Shown here: positions 51,273-64,000 of the stretch, piece by piece
Numbering within the stretch: the first letter of the stretch is position 1
Layout: each line of letters starts with the position of its first letter
Source of the DNA: Octopus bimaculoides
Lineage: Eukaryota
Assembly (NCBI RefSeq): GCF_001194135.2
Contig: NC_068982.1
Location: 33,849,459-33,913,458, forward strand
Direction of reading: 5' to 3'
Length of the DNA: 64,000 bases
Program-made: the position numbers and the translations under genes
Notes under the pieces: generated by a model
Databases searched by the model: none
What the model was told of the DNA's origin: nothing
The model's input: the letters and a program-made list of their open reading frames with translations, nothing else

Positions 51273-51359
51273 TCATAAACCTAACATTTCTTTGGCAGCA
51301 GCACAGGCCACTTCAGCTTGAGTGTACTCTTCTGCAGATTTCAAATCAGATTCGCTTGC
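51273..51359 (-). CDS. TBCA: TBCA coding exon 4 (terminal, 87 nt)
   Basis: Acceptor TTTTTGCAG|GCA; ASESDLKSAEEYTQAEVACAAAKEMLGL*; total CDS 333 nt = 110 aa. Confidence 0.9.
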   Translation of the reverse strand, partial: ASESDLKSAEEYTQAEVACAAAKEMLGL

Positions 51360-51965
51360 CTGCAAAAACAAAAATGATTCATAATAATTTTTTCCTCCAA
51401 GAATTCATGATAACAAGTGAATTAAGTTAGTCCCGTCACAATCTACAAGGAATCTAATGTACTACCTGGCTTCTCTAGCAGCAAGCAACTAACAAAATAA
51501 TTCGAATAAAACATAGTTGCTTCTGCTAGAATATGAAGTCACTGCAAAGAGTAGGTCAACAGCAGCCAATAGTCTAATACAGTTATCCACTTAGCTTCTA
51601 CATTTCAGATTCCTTATGAAATATTGAGGTGTGATAAAAATATATTTATAAAGAATAGCTTTTATTATGTAATTGAAGATGCTTTAGACCAATTTTAAAA
51701 TATAATTCTCCAATATGTCCACAAGTATTTTACTACATATAATACATCATTGTACTTTGTATTTAGTAAGATATTTGAATGTGGTTACATTTGAGATTTG
51801 CCTTCACAGTTACTTTAAATTTATTCAATAAATGTTTCACATACACTGAATAACCATTACATTTGTATGATGACAAGAATAAAGCTGACATACTTTGTCT
51901 TGTGACACCGGTTTCTGCTGCATTCTGAACTAGCTTTAAATTTAAGAATTATGGTTTGTATGTAA

Positions 51966-52180
51966 CCCATTAGAATTTAAATTGGGCATATCCAGCCCAA
52001 ATATTCAACCTTGTTTTACACTCAAACTAGCTAGATTCAGCCTCTCACACCTACCCTTCAATGTCCTTCTAAAAATAAACTAAATTATCAAAACCTCAGC
52101 TAAAAATAATGCCTGAGTAATTCAAAACAATGTGAATAGATAGGCATTACATTTGACAAAGTAATCAGAATGCTAAAGGG
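51966..52180. mobile_element. piggyBac-like MITE, copy 2 (TBCA intron 3)
   Basis: GTAA-CCCATTAGAATT ... AATGCTAAAGGG-TTAA; internal homology to copy 1. Confidence 0.68.
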
Positions 52181-52344
52181 TTAAAAATATATTCTGTGAC
52201 TGCTTTTCAATGACTGGACCTTCTCTTCAAAATTAGAAATCGTGTTGTGTCAAATGTTTTGCAATATTTTGCTAACTTATTTGCTTTATTCATTAAGTTA
52301 ACAAAAGCAGCTTAGCATTCAAAGTTCTGATTCAGGACTCACTC

Positions 52345-52490
52345 CCTGCACTCATGACATTTCACCAACTGAGAGGAGGTGGAAGCTTCAGTGAAGGAGT
52401 TCTTTGCCTCGACGGACGAGAACTGGTATCAGCATATGATCAAAGAACTGGCAGAAAAGTGTCTTCAGACAGTGTAACACAATGGTGACC
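52345..52490 (+). mobile_element. Mariner transposase C-terminal fragment
   Basis: EEVEASVKEFFASTDENWYQHMIKELAEKCLQTV*HNG. Confidence 0.65.
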
Positions 52491-53064
52491 ATAACTGATT
52501 GGCATAAAATCTATCAAATATATGCACCAGCCCCTACATAACTCTGTTATATTACTACAATAATGGCCTTTTCTCCTAACTAATAGACAAAAACCTAATG
52601 CCTAGGAGCTAACCAAACTCATGCCAACCTCCTATTCAGGTATTTCTGATCCTCTAGTCACCCTTATTGTGTCTAACCTTCCGATCCTTACTTCCTCAGA
52701 ACATCATCCCCTTGGAATTCCCTCCTTGTTAATGTCTTACCCATAAATGGTGATTCACAATAATTCAAGAGGAAAATTAGTGACATCAATCTCAGTAGTC
52801 TAGGTCATGGATACTGTCCCTTCCTCCACACCCAGCAAGAAAAAAAAAAGTAATTTGTCTCTGGGTTTTTTAACCCAACAGTTTAACACTTGTTTCTTGG
52901 GTCTAACAGTTGCTTCTTGTTAAAGTTTGTCATCAGTTGGTCTACTGAAAATTTTATTTTAATTTTTAGTCACTTCTAACTGCAATGTTTTAAACCACTT
53001 CAACTTTTATGATGGTTCAGAAGTAATAAGATTAAGATTAAAACCATTTGTTCTTAAAACTCAC

Positions 53065-53151
53065 CAATAAATTCACAAGATCAGAATAAGCTGTGTTTAA
53101 TCTTTTTAGGCAGTCAGGAACCATAGCTTTAGACTCTTGAAGAACTTCTCC
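53065..53151 (-). CDS. TBCA: TBCA coding exon 3 (87 nt)
   Basis: Acceptor TTTTTTAG|GGA; GEVLQESKAMVPDCLKRLNTAYSDLVNLL; donor TTG|GTGAGT. Confidence 0.95.
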
Positions 53152-54207
53152 CTAAAAAACATTGGTAATATACACATGCTAAATCAAGGCAGTTATTTTA
53201 AAGCAATTACAAAAAACATTTACTGATAGGAAGACTTAATATTGAAAGTAGAAGAAAATTTATAAAAATTCATTTTGACTGTCATTCCTGGGTAGAGCCC
53301 TCATAGAATTACTTTCAGAAGCAACTACATATGTATACACACACACACAACACACATGCTGCCTGTATATGTGTATATATACATCTATAAAGAATTTAAG
53401 TTCAAAATATGTATACCACTGAATGACCACATGGTTAGAGAATTCATTAATTAATTTACAACATTTAAAAAAACGACGTATATTTTATACTGAGCATTTG
53501 TAATTATAGCAATGCAAATCTATCATAAGCACTATATACATATCCAGTTCTACCTATCCTACAGCTCTTTCATAGACAAACTTCAAGCAACTTGCATACA
53601 TTTGTTTGTTTAATGTGTTTTTCAGTGCCAGTATGTGTTTAGACAGTGTTATTTGAAACAGGATTCTACAATTGGATATTCTTCCTATGACTAACTCTTA
53701 CCTGTTTTCAAGCAAAAGATTTTTTATTCCAGAGGTTTTCTGAAGAATGTCAACAAAGAATGTCCCACAAAACATGGAATATCAACATTCACACACACAC
53801 AACAGGCTGCCTACACTTTCTATCTACCAAATTCCCTGACAAGACATTGACTGGCTTGAGACTATAATAATAGACACCTTTATCCAAAGTGCCACACAGT
53901 GGGACCAAACTTGAAACCATGTGGTTAAGAAGCATAATGTACCACTTAAGAAAAGGAAAGACATTTTTGAAAATGCAGTCATAGATGCACTTTTTTCATT
54001 TAAAGTTTGTTCATCCATGCTAGTGTAGAGTGGACAGGGATGTATATGAGGCAAGATTTGCAGTAGGATGATTTTCTTGTTACCAACACTTAAGTCTTCA
54101 AATGTGTAGAACAACTGGTTTTAATGTCAACATTCATGCACATACGGAAGTGGATATGGATACCTATACATACAAATAAATATGTATATATGTGTACACA
54201 CACACAA

Positions 54208-54242
<35 letters not shown>

Positions 54243-55356
54243 ACAAAGGCACATGGCTCAGTGGTTAGAACATCAGGCTCACAATTATGAGGTAGTGAGC
54301 TCAATTCCCAGACCAAGCTGTGTTGTGTTCTTGAACAAAGACACTTTATTTCAGATTGCTCCAGTTCACTCAGCTGTAGAAATGAGTTGTCACATCACTG
54401 GTGCCAAGCTGTATCAGTCTTTGCCTTTCTCTTGGATAACACTGGTGGCATGGAGAGGAGAGGTTGGTATGCAAGGGAAACTGTTGGTCTTCCATAAACA
54501 ACCTTGCTCAGACTTATGCCTTGGAGTGGAACTTTCAAGGTGCAATCCCATGGTCATTCATGACCAAATGGGGGCCTTATCCTTCTAATACATATATCAT
54601 TATCATTGTTTTATCAGTTTCAGCTCAAAGCTGTGGCCATGCTGGGAAAGTTTGCATGGGTCATCTGGAATTTGTTGAGGTAGATTGTTCTATGGCCAGA
54701 TTTAATTTTCTGTTACCAACCCTCACTAGTTTCCAAGTAAGAAAATATTTCCACACATTTATTTCCATGGAAGATTAGAAATGAAGGACACCACTTGTTT
54801 GGTAGTGACACTCATTTACAACTATCATGCAATATCAAAGCAAGGAGAATAAGGCTTTGGTCACCTCAAAGTGAGACTGAACCTGAAACAGTGTGGTTGG
54901 GAAGCAAACTTCTTACCACATAGCCATGTGACAAAAACTAAATAGGCTTCAATATTATGATATAAATTAAAGCGGTGAGCCACCAGAAACGTTAGAACAC
55001 TAGGTTAAAATGCTTAGTAGCATTTTATCCATCTTTACATTCTGCTGAGGTCAGCTTTACCTTTCATTCTTTAGAGGTCGATAAAATAAGTACCAGTTGA
55101 TCACTGGGATCAATATAATCAACTTATCGCTTCCCCACTAAAATTGTTGGCTTTGTGCCAAAATTTGAACTCAATATTATGACATAGTTTGGCTTTAAAA
55201 GAGAATACAAAATATTATTAAAATAGAAGTCTCAAAAAGTTCACCTTTCATTTCAGAGGTTTCATTCTTAAAGCCAAAAAACATGGAGAAACTCTTTTCA
55301 AAGTCAGGAAAGCAAAATGTTTGAAACATGTGGTATATTATTAACATTACACTGAC

Positions 55357-55462
55357 CTGTTTTTTTATGTCATATTCATCTTTTCCTTCATCCTTCATTT
55401 TTTGTATTCGCCTTTCTTGGTCTTCAACTTCTTTTTCATAGCTACTCTTCTCCTTTGTCAAT
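55357..55462 (-). CDS. TBCA: TBCA coding exon 2 (106 nt)
   Basis: Acceptor CTCCCCAG|A; (R)LTKEKSSYEKEVEDQERRIQKMKDEGKDEYDIKKQ; donor CAG|GTCAGT; phase-compatible with exon 1. Confidence 0.95.
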
Positions 55463-57869
55463 CTGGGGAGGTAAAACATTGAGACATACATAAAGTATTT
55501 TCTTTCATATAGTTATGTGGTTAAGAAGTTTGCCTTCCAGCCACATGGTTACAGGTCCATTTCCAATGTATAACACCTTGGGCAAACATCTACTATAGCC
55601 CTAGGCTGACCAAAGCATTGTGTGTAGATCCAGTACACAGAAATGGGAAAGAAGCCCACTGTATATATATTTGTCTCCTTGTCTTGACATAGGCAAATAG
55701 ATATAAACAAGTATGACTGTCATATAAGCAGTGTTTTTTGTTTCCAATGTCCTATGAAATCATCTCCAGTCTGGGGAAATATTACCGTATTTGGAAACAG
55801 CTGAGAGTTGACAGGAAAGCATCTTACCATTGAAAGTCTGCCACAGAAAAACTCCATCTGACCCATGCAAATATGGAAAAGTGGACATTAAAATGATGCC
55901 AATGGTGATGATCTATCATCATGGTTTCATGTTAATGCTAACATTGGTAAGATTATCAGTAGAACTTCTACCTAGGTGTCTTAATTTTTTAAAATTCCTG
56001 TAAGATCACATATAATAACAGGACCTATGTGATTTCCCTACATTTGGCAATAGATACAACACAAATACAACTACTGTATTATTTTTGAATCAGCAGGGTT
56101 CCTCTTTTTCTAGAACCAGAAATCTTTTTTGTTTCATATCTCTTCATTGCTTTTTACAGTCTTTTTTCTCTGTTCATCAAAATTGTTTTGTACCTAATCT
56201 TAATATATATATATAGAGGTTACTTTACTGTAGAAATATGAATATAAATTTATGTCTATGTGTTTATATACACACAGCATCATCACCATACACGTCTTTC
56301 CCATGTTGGTATGAATCAGTCCAATTGGATCTGACAAGCCAGAGGAACACATCTTGTTCTATTATCACAATTCTAGCATAGTTCCTACATGTGGATGCCT
56401 GTCCTAACACCAACCACTTTAAAGTGTACTGCATCCATTACTTCATGGCACTAGTTCTATAGAGAGTGTCTAGCATCCAGCAAGACCAAAGAGTCCTCTG
56501 AACTTGCATTGCATCTACTCAAGTAGCCTATCTCTTTGCAGTGTACTGGGTCCTTTTTTTTTTTTCCATAATATCAACACTAGTAAGGTCATCTTGTAAT
56601 GTGTAAGGCTAAAGAACCTCAATGCCTGAAAGTAGAATAGGAGAGAGAATGATGACTTAGGCAAGGTATCGAGAGAGAGAGAGTAAAGTATGAAGGGAGG
56701 AATAGAGATATTGTGAGAGGATGGTAGTGGAGAGTGTAACAGAGGTGATACAGAGAAGGGAAGAGAGAAGTAATGATGATGGGGAAGGTGTTGAGTAGTA
56801 GGTAGGATCCAGCACTATCTCTCACATCATAAGATTGAATACAGGCAGAAGGTACGGGTGGAAAGGAGCGTGAAAGAGAGGAAGGGAAACTGGAGGGTAT
56901 GATAGAAGCAGTGGGGAGGAGAGCAGAGGATGAATGCAGCAGCAGTATCCCAGGCAGAGAAGTTATGAGAAGAGGACAGTGAGAGTAAGAGAAATAGAGG
57001 TGAAGTGTAGCAAGAACAGTGAGAGAAAGAAAAAAAGACTGAAAAGATATGACAAAGGCAGGGGTGGTTGGAGAGCATAGGATGAATGTAATGAGAGTAT
57101 CCCAAACACCATCACCTTCCTCTGTGGCATTTTTTGTGCCATGCTTGGGGTCATTATAGTGTAGTATGATGTCAATAACTGTTGCACTCCAGTCATCTCT
57201 TCACACACACACACATAGTATCTTTTGTCTTTTACTTGTTTCAGTCATTAGACTGTGGCCATGCTGGGGAACCACCTTGAAGAATATTTTTAATTGAGTT
57301 AATCAAACCCAGTACTTATTTTTTTAAAGCCCTGTACTTATTCTATCGGTCTCTTTTGCCAAACTGCTAAGTTACAAGGATGTAAACACACTAACATTGG
57401 TTGTCAAGAGAATGAACAAACACAAAGACACACACACATATATATGACAGGCTTCTTTCAGTGTCTATCTGCCAAATCCACTCACAAGGCTTTGGTTGAC
57501 TCAGGCTATAGTAGAAGACACTTGCCCAAGGTGTTGTGCAGTAGGTTTAAAACCAGAACCATGTGGTTGGAAAGCAAACTTCTTACCACATAGCCATGCC
57601 TGTACCTAGAGATAAAAAACACTCAAAGCTTACAGGGTAAGGAAAAGATAAACAAATAAGTAATATATGAAGTTATAAAACTTGTTGGAAAAATGAACTG
57701 AAATAATATCAAGCAATGTGTACAATAAAAAAAAAATATGCCAGAGGAAATAAATAGATCTAACATTTCAGATTTATAGCCTTTATCAAAGAGAAAGTAA
57801 AAAAGAATGAGGGGAGGAGAAAAAGAAATAGGAACAATACCAAATTAATGATATGTGTTTATATTGTAG

Positions 57870-58045
57870 GCTTTACAAGTTTTTTTCATTCTCGCTGTTT
57901 ATTTTCTCTTATTCCTTTCTGTTGGAGAGCAAAGGCTCAAAACGTAAAGAGTTTTTCATTTTCCCGAGCATCAAACTAATACACCTGCTTGCTGTTCATA
58001 CACCTGTCTTTGTCTTTTGTTTTTCTATAAATTCCAACTGTACAC
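57870..58045 (+). mobile_element. Penelope-type terminal repeat fragment with variant hammerhead-like core, copy 2
   Basis: CCTTT-CTGTTGG-A-GAGC-AAAG-GCTC-AAAAC-GTA-AAG, plus the same tail as copy 1. Confidence 0.5.
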
Positions 58046-60298
58046 ACACAGATGGGGCTTTTATACAGTTTCTGTCTTCCAATTCTACTCACAAGGCATT
58101 GGTTGGTCCACAGCTATAGCAGAAGACACTTGTCTGAGGTAACAGAACTCAAAACCCCCAGGGATTCAAAGTGGACTCCATATCCACATAGTCATGTCTG
58201 CATCTATATATAATATATATGAAGCTATATAGGTATACAATGAAGTAATAATAAAATAAGAGAGAGAGAGAAAGAAGGCAACTGATAGTGATGGGGTAAA
58301 GACCAAATGATATGAGTGTCTTCTACTATAAACCCCTGATTGACCAAAGCCTTGTGGATGGATTTAGTAGAAGGAAACTGAAAGAAACCTGTCATATATC
58401 ATCGGTTAACGTCTGCCTCCCATGCTGGCATGGGTGGGATGGTTTGACAGAAGCTGGCTAGGCAGAAGCCTGCACCAGACTTCTGTGACAGTTTTGGCAG
58501 GATTTTTACAGCTGGATACCCTTCCTAACACCAACCCCCCAGCCGAGTGGACTATATATATATATATATATNNNNNNNNNNNNNNNNNNNNNNNNNNNNN
58601 NNNNNNNNNNNNNNNNNNNNNNNNNNNNNNNNNNNNNNNNNNNNNNNNNNNNNNNNNNNNNNNNNNNNNNNNNNNNNNNNNNNNNNNNNNNNNNNNNNNN
58701 NNNNNNNNNNNNNNNNNNNNNNNNNNNNNNNNNNNNNNNNNNNNNNNNNNNNNNNNNNNNNNNNNNNNNNNNNNNNNNNNNNNNNNNNNNNNNNNNNNNN
58801 NNNNNNNNNNNNNNNNNNNNNNNNNNNNNNNNNNNNNNNNNNNNNNNNNNNNNNNNNNNNNNNNNNNNNNNNNNNNNNNNNNNNNNNNNNNNNNNNNNNN
58901 NNNNNNNNNNNNNNNNNNNNNNNNNNNNNNNNNNNNNNNNNNNNNNNNNNNNNNNNNNNNNNNNNNNNNNNNNNNNNNNNNNNNNNNNNNNNNNNNNNNN
59001 NNNNNNNNNNNNNNNNNNNNNNNNNNNNNNNNNNNNNNNNNNNNNNNNNNNNNNNNNNNNNNNNNNNNNNNNNNNNNNNNNNNNNNNNNNNNNNNNNNNN
59101 NNNNNNNNNNNNNNNNNNNNNNNNNNNNNNNNNNNNNNNNNNNNNNNNNNNNNNNNNNNNNNNNNNNNNNNNNNNNNNNNNNNNNNNNNNNNNNNNNNNN
59201 NNNNNNNNNNNNNNNNNNNNNNNNNNNNNNNNNNNNNNNNNNNNNNNNNNNNNNNNNNNNNNNNNNNNNNNNNNNNNNNNNNNNNNNNNNNNNGAACCTT
59301 CAAAGGGAGCTAACTTACACCTTATATACTACAGTAGCTGTTCATGATTTACATTTTACTATGATTACTATTTTATATTTTTTATTATTTTTTCCAACAC
59401 AATAACCAGATAAATAAAACCAACACACTTATTATTTAATAAATAAGGGGGGGGGGGAAGGTTCAGATTACATATAGTCCGTCTCCGCCTATTTAAAAGT
59501 AATATGCAAACACTCGTATTATTATTCGATAAGTAAAGAAGTGTCTGGTGACATCATTTTCTTCTGAGTCATTGTAAAACAACTGTCTTAAATTTTTGCT
59601 GAGTGGCAGTAATGTCGAAAAGTGATAAACTCACCTGTCCGCTGGTCTAGATGAAGGAAAAGTATTCAATATGAGGAGTCAACAAGAAACCTCTATATTG
59701 GTTAAATTCCCTTCGACTCAGTCTTTAAAAAATTAAGCACACTAGACAATGCAACTATAACTGCGAAAAGATGGAATAATCATGGATTGCATATATTCGA
59801 TCATAGGTTTGCTCAAACAGGGCCGACCTGGGGATAAACAATAGCAAAATCGATTGCTATCTCAGTTGTTACCCTTCCACTGCAAATAGCAACCAATTTC
59901 TCTCAGATAACACCTCGTTGTCTTGAGGGAAAGAAAAGACCAGATATTACACTAAAATACAAGATGGCCATAGTTGGAAAATCTTTTATCGATGATATGT
60001 TGGTTCAATCAAGGTTGCCATGGAGCAAAACAACAACGCTTGCCGCTGAAATTCTGAAGGAAGATGTCAAAAGACGAAAACAATTGCATCCTATCTTTCT
60101 TAATCCTTTTAAAAATTTACAACGAAAGAGTCAACGATTTAATGTTACTTTCGTTTGTAATTGTTGATGTTTTAAATATATTTTGCATTTAATTAAACTG
60201 CAATTACACATAACAATAATAATATATAAAGAAAATATAAAAAAGCTGCATCTATATCAGAACATAATAATTATAAAGACGGGATAAATTTTGTTTAC

Positions 60299-60351
60299 CG
60301 CTTTACAACTCCTGTCTTGATGCGAATTTGTTTAATTCGTGGATCTGCCAT
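60299..60351 (-). CDS. TBCA: Tubulin-specific chaperone A, coding exon 1 (53 nt)
   Basis: MADPRIKQIRIKTGVVKR; donor CG|GTAAAC; too short to appear in the ORF track. Confidence 0.93.
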
Positions 60352-60480
60352 TTTCTTGTGATAAATTAATTATTTAACTAGAATCCAAGGAAATTTCCCT
60401 GGAATTTGATTTGTATTTACTACACGAACAATATGACACGATCACTGAATGGCACGAGGGAAAATAAGGAATTGCAGATA

Positions 60481-60492
60481 TACGCATGCGCA
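60481..60492 (-). promoter_or_regulatory. NRF1/Ewg-like site upstream of TBCA
   Basis: TACGCATGCGCA (11/12 match to TGCGCATGCGCA) about 130 bp upstream of the TBCA ATG in a CpG-retaining region. Confidence 0.45.
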
Positions 60493-61415
60493 TAACCGGT
60501 CTTGCTACACCCAGTTCCACGGTTGGTCGAGTTGTTGGTTATCGAAGAATTTAAGTGTTTATCTTCTCTTTCATTTGTTTCAGTCATTAGACTGCGGTCA
60601 CGCTGGGGCAGTCTTGAATTTTTAGTCGAATAAATCGAGCCCAGTATTTTTTTTTTCGGTTAATGTTGACATTATCACCAGGAAACGAAATCGAAAAAAA
60701 AAAAAAGATTAGTGCAACGGGTGTAAAAAAAAAGGTGTAAAAAAACGAATCTGAAAACAAAAACGTGCGGAGAGCAATGAGGGGGAGGGAGGCCTTCGGG
60801 AAATTCACAAGATCCAAGTTTTTCCCTCGTAACTTTGAGGAAAATGGATATCTTTTAATGAAATTGTATATAAATACCTTTTAAACGGCATGCATTACAG
60901 ATGCCTAATGGGCCTCAAACCCCTTATTTTCCTTCGGAAAAGAGGTGGGGGTGGAAACCGGAATTATTAGAAAATGTTTTTCCTTTTTTCGATGAATGAA
61001 TTACGGTGACCTAATATGCCACAAAACACTTTTTTGTCCGGAAAACGGGGGCTGTTTCTTTCTTTAAAATTTCGTTGGTATCAAAGTCTGGATAGGAGAG
61101 AGAAAGAATGATACAAAATCCTTATAAAAACCACGTTAGTGTTAGAGTGAAACAAAGCATTATATTGAAACAAAATATCTTTTACATACCTCTTAAAAAT
61201 CACTAGTTTCCAATGGGTATCCAATGTTTTCACTTTCCTTTAACAATTTTTCGTGCCGAAATTTTAATAGGGTAAACTCATAGGTTTCAATTGATGGATA
61301 AATGTAAATGTAACCCAATATTATGTAACTTATGTAGAAGATATTTGTTCCACACACAAGGATCAAACCTGGAGTCAATCTGTATATGACTAACATTTTC
61401 CTCTAAAGATTCAAG

Positions 61416-61448
<33 letters not shown>

Positions 61449-64000
61449 GTTTAACGTCCGCTTTCCATGCTAGCATGGGTTGGACGATTTGACTGTGGAC
61501 TGGTGAAACCAGATGGCAACACCAGGCTCCAATCTAATTTGGCAGAGTTTCTACAGCTGGATGCCCTTCCTAACGCCAACCACTCAGAGAGTGTAGTGGG
61601 TGCTTTTACATGTCACCCGCACGAAGGCCAGTCAGGCGGTACTGGCAACGGCCACGCTCGAAATGGTGTCTTTTATGTGCCACCCACACAAGAGCCAGTC
61701 CAGGGGCACTGGCAACGATCTCACTTGGCTTGCCGGGTCTTCTCACGCACAGCACATTNNNNNNNNNNNNNNNNNNNNNNNNNNNNNNNNNNNNNNNNNN
61801 NNNNNNNNNNNNNNNNNNNNNNNNNNNNNNNNNNNNNNNNNNNNNNNNNNNNNNNNNNNNNNNNNNNNNNNNNNNNNNNNNNNNNNNNNNNNNNNNNNNN
61901 NNNNNNNNNNNNNNNNNNNNNNNNNNNNNNNNNGGGGGGGGGGGTTTACAAAATAAATAGCCTAACTGTGTGGCCTTAGGTCAGTATTACTCATGTTACA
62001 AATCATTACTTAGCCCAGAAAGTAAGTCAACCATAACGTTTGCACCATAACTGACTCCACTCCTCACCCCATCTGACTTGTGAAATTGTTCAGGTTACAC
62101 TTTTGCAAGTTGATGCTTGTAGGGGAAATCTAGAGAAAGGAGTTCCGGATGGTTCCAGTTGTGAGAAGGAAAAAATTGGAAGAAAGTATCTAGTGTAGAG
62201 TGTGGTAGGATTTCATAAAGTAAAAATAAGGGGAGGTAAGAAGTACTATACTGCAATGATATCTCTTTTCTGGTATGAATTAAAATGTCTCTGTAACTTT
62301 TGCATCAAATCTTGACAATCAATCAATGCATGTTTGTATGTATGTATGTAGTTTAACCAGTTCATCAGTCCTGGCCTCAACAACTAAGGGAGGGCCTTGA
62401 ATATATGATAGTACTCTCTCTAAAGACAAAACGAAAAAAAAAATCACAACAGTCTTGAATTTTGTCAGGGCCTGAAAGCTGCTTTATTCCACCTTTGAGA
62501 CATTGAGAGAAAAATGTCAAACCTTGACATGCGTGAATGCATAATGCAAAAGAATAAAGAAAAAAATTACAGGTCACACCCACTAAAAAAGTCCAGAATA
62601 ACGACACTTGCTACAATGACAACGTAAATATATATGCCTTTCACACATAGATCAGCGTCAGAAGCAGCTTTCATAACAAATATTAATTAGCACATCCACA
62701 ACTTAACTTGGATGTGTTGTTTATAATACCTTCAATTGCTAAAAACATTCTGGGAAATTATTTCATGTAGATGATAAATGATAAAAAGCATCAAAATTCT
62801 ATTGTAGAATTTTAATGTGTTTTAGCATTTGCTGGCTACATATGATTTTTCAGCATTATAATCATCATATCAAAGTTAAGTTGGATGAGCTAGGTGCCAC
62901 ATAAAATGCACTTTTGCTGGTGTCATGTAAATGCACCTGTATCAGTGGCATATAAAAACACTGAGCACACTGTAAAGTGTTTGCTGTTAGGAAGGGCATC
63001 CAACCACAGAAACCTTGCCAAAACAGACAATTGGAACCTGGACAGTTCTCAGGCTGGCCAGCTCCTGTCAAACTGTACAACCCATGCCAGCTTGGAAAAC
63101 GGATGCTAAACGATGATGATGTATGTGTATGTGTGTGCGTGCATGCACGCATGTGTCTATGTTAGTACATAAGAAAAAACATTACAAGCAAAAACCAAAA
63201 TTATGAAAACAATAAAGACAACAAAGCTCACATGCTCACCACCATTATACAAAAGAATGCCCTGACACATTTTATATGTTATCAATATCAAAACCTAGCA
63301 AAATATCATCATCATCATCATTGTTTAATGTCTGCTTTCTATGCTGGCATGGGTTGAACAGTTTGACAGGAGCTGGCCAGGCAGAAGCCTGCCCCAGACT
63401 ACTGTGTTTGTTTTGGTATGGTTTTTACAGCTGGGTGTCCTTCTTAACACATACCTCCCAGCAAAGTGGACTGAGTGCTATTTACATGGCACAAGCACCA
63501 GTGAGGTTGATTTTGGCAAGGTTTTTACAGCTGGATGGCTTTCCACATACCAACCACTTTACAGTGTGGACTGGATGCTTTTTACATGACATCAGCACTG
63601 GCAGGGTCACCAAGTAATTTGCAAGACAAAAATTTCAAGAAGTTAACATAGAGCAAAGAGTGAGTGCATATTAACATGAAGTTAGCAGAATTGCTGGATG
63701 ATGTGGGGAGATGCAATGGGGGCGAATCTACCTAGGGTGACACTGTTATTGGGGTGTCACTTTTGAGTCTGTTGTATAAGTCTGTATAGAGAGTTGGGGC
63801 AGCAAACTTGAGGGCGACCCCAGATGACAAACACTCAGGCTATGCCACTGCATAGAGTGAATGCATGAAGAGCAGGATATTTGGTAAAGTCAGGTGTGAC
63901 AAAAAAACTTTGATGAGCCACTTAATTAGTTAATTGGTCAATTAATTATTTAATGAACTATTTAGTTGATATTGATAATAAAACGAAAGTGAAATACAAC

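Larger units (their letters stand above)
8070..61933. other. Assembly gaps (10 N-runs) spread over this span
   Basis: N-runs at about 8070, 12695, 20826, 21983, 38011, 46038, 58572 and 61759 are clear. Most abut (TA)n or (CA)n tracts. Gap count and sizes are scaffold estimates. Confidence 0.9.

Noticed and set aside
53824-54778. ORFs inside TBCA intron 2
   Set aside because: They overlap SINE bodies and have no protein-family signal.

Overview
This is eukaryotic, AT-rich, microsatellite- and SINE-saturated draft genomic DNA with 10 N-gaps, most flanked by (TA)n. The SINE families and repeat landscape look like an octopus genome; that is an inference from recalled repeat sequences, not a database search. 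Three spliced housekeeping genes were reconstructed by hand at 41.7-60.4 kb. (1) A glutaredoxin-like C5orf63/YDR286C homolog (- strand, 2 exons, 111 aa). (2) NUBP1 (+ strand, only 2 coding exons), head-to-head with the first gene with the ATGs 237 bp apart. (3) TBCA (- strand, 4 exons, 110 aa), tail-to-tail with NUBP1. The first ~41 kb contains no gene I can name. It holds fossils of a Buster/SCAND3-type hAT transposase, a Penelope-like GIY-YIG element, Gypsy gag-protease plus an inverted integrase piece, an R4/Dong RLE LINE end, RTE, Tc1/mariner, Tigger-like and piggyBac-like MITEs, many tRNA-SINEs and some weak candidate exons. The most interesting signals are RNA-structural. A fold-back element in the NUBP1 intron has a tRNA-like Pol III head between two inverted ~147-bp arms, each carrying a minimal hammerhead-ribozyme core. 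A second, type-III-like hammerhead core and a Merlin-like MITE with an 8-bp TSD lie in the C5orf63 intron. Two copies of a further Penelope-type terminus carry a variant hammerhead core. TE boundaries are approximate unless TSDs are given, and all family assignments are by motif recall.
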